From an uncultured archaeon (GTDB lineage Archaea > Aenigmatarchaeota > Aenigmatarchaeia > QMZP01 > JAFGSV01), in the NCBI GenBank assembly GCA_964442905.1, contig CAYUBD010000002.1, positions 1 to 37,906 of the forward strand: a stretch of 37,906 nucleotides of DNA. The letters run 5' to 3'. The DNA is not shown here. The stretch's first letter is position 1. Below are more notes on the stretch, generated by a model. That model was not told where the DNA came from, searched no databases, and saw only the letters and a list, made by a program, of their open reading frames with translations.

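Noticed and set aside
6281-37906. The giant protein as an RTX, Bap, halomucin-type or cadherin-type adhesin.
   Set aside because: I saw no GGxGxD nonapeptide repeats, no mucin-like S/T/P tracts and no recognisable VCBS or cadherin Ca-binding motifs. The modules are Cys-containing and sequon-rich, and the C-terminus is a TM helix plus ATPase rather than a secretion signal. Remote homology remains untested.
1-37906. Promoters, terminators or small RNAs within the window.
   Set aside because: The only non-coding stretches are 31 nt (6250..6280, occupied by the SD) and 1 nt (4248). I could identify no stem-loop/T-tract terminator and no BRE/TATA or -35/-10 element outside coding sequence.

Overview
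The window is almost entirely coding. It holds three co-directional minus-strand genes with 31 nt and 1 nt between them, and I found no rRNA, tRNA, CRISPR array, transposase, promoter or terminator. (1) 6281..37906 is a single giant ORF. The track lists 10,499 aa from a Met at 37780, but the frame stays open for 42 more codons to the right edge. That gives at least 10,541 codons in the window, with the true start outside it. The protein has about 10,000 aa of ectodomain rich in Asn-X-Ser/Thr sequons and Cys, built from a tri-domain module about 1 kb long that occurs about 19 times. Two diverged blocks of about 2.5 kb are inserted into this array. Other beta-sandwich arrays follow, then a Cys knot and a Pro/Gly hinge. 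After these come one TM helix and, in the same polypeptide, a cytoplasmic HerA/DUF87-type (FtsK-HerA superfamily) P-loop ATPase with a coiled-coil tail. (2) 4249..6249 encodes a 666-aa soluble, highly charged coiled-coil protein with three SHOCT-like motifs and a GGAGGT Shine-Dalgarno. (3) 1..4247 is the 5' part of a second large sequon-rich secreted protein, which starts 1 nt after gene 2's stop and runs off the left edge. It is missing from the ORF track only because it has no in-window stop. The main candidate for novelty is this operon: a giant glycoprotein fibre fused to a ring-translocase-type ATPase, a cytoplasmic coiled-coil partner, and a second secreted giant paralogue. The giant gene also contains a perfect 1,091-bp in-frame direct repeat 6,234 bp apart. 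The host is probably archaeal, on the evidence of sequon saturation, ATA/AGG/AGA codon use and a Lys/Arg-poor ectodomain. That assignment is inference only. All family assignments come from motifs read by eye and need profile or structure searches.
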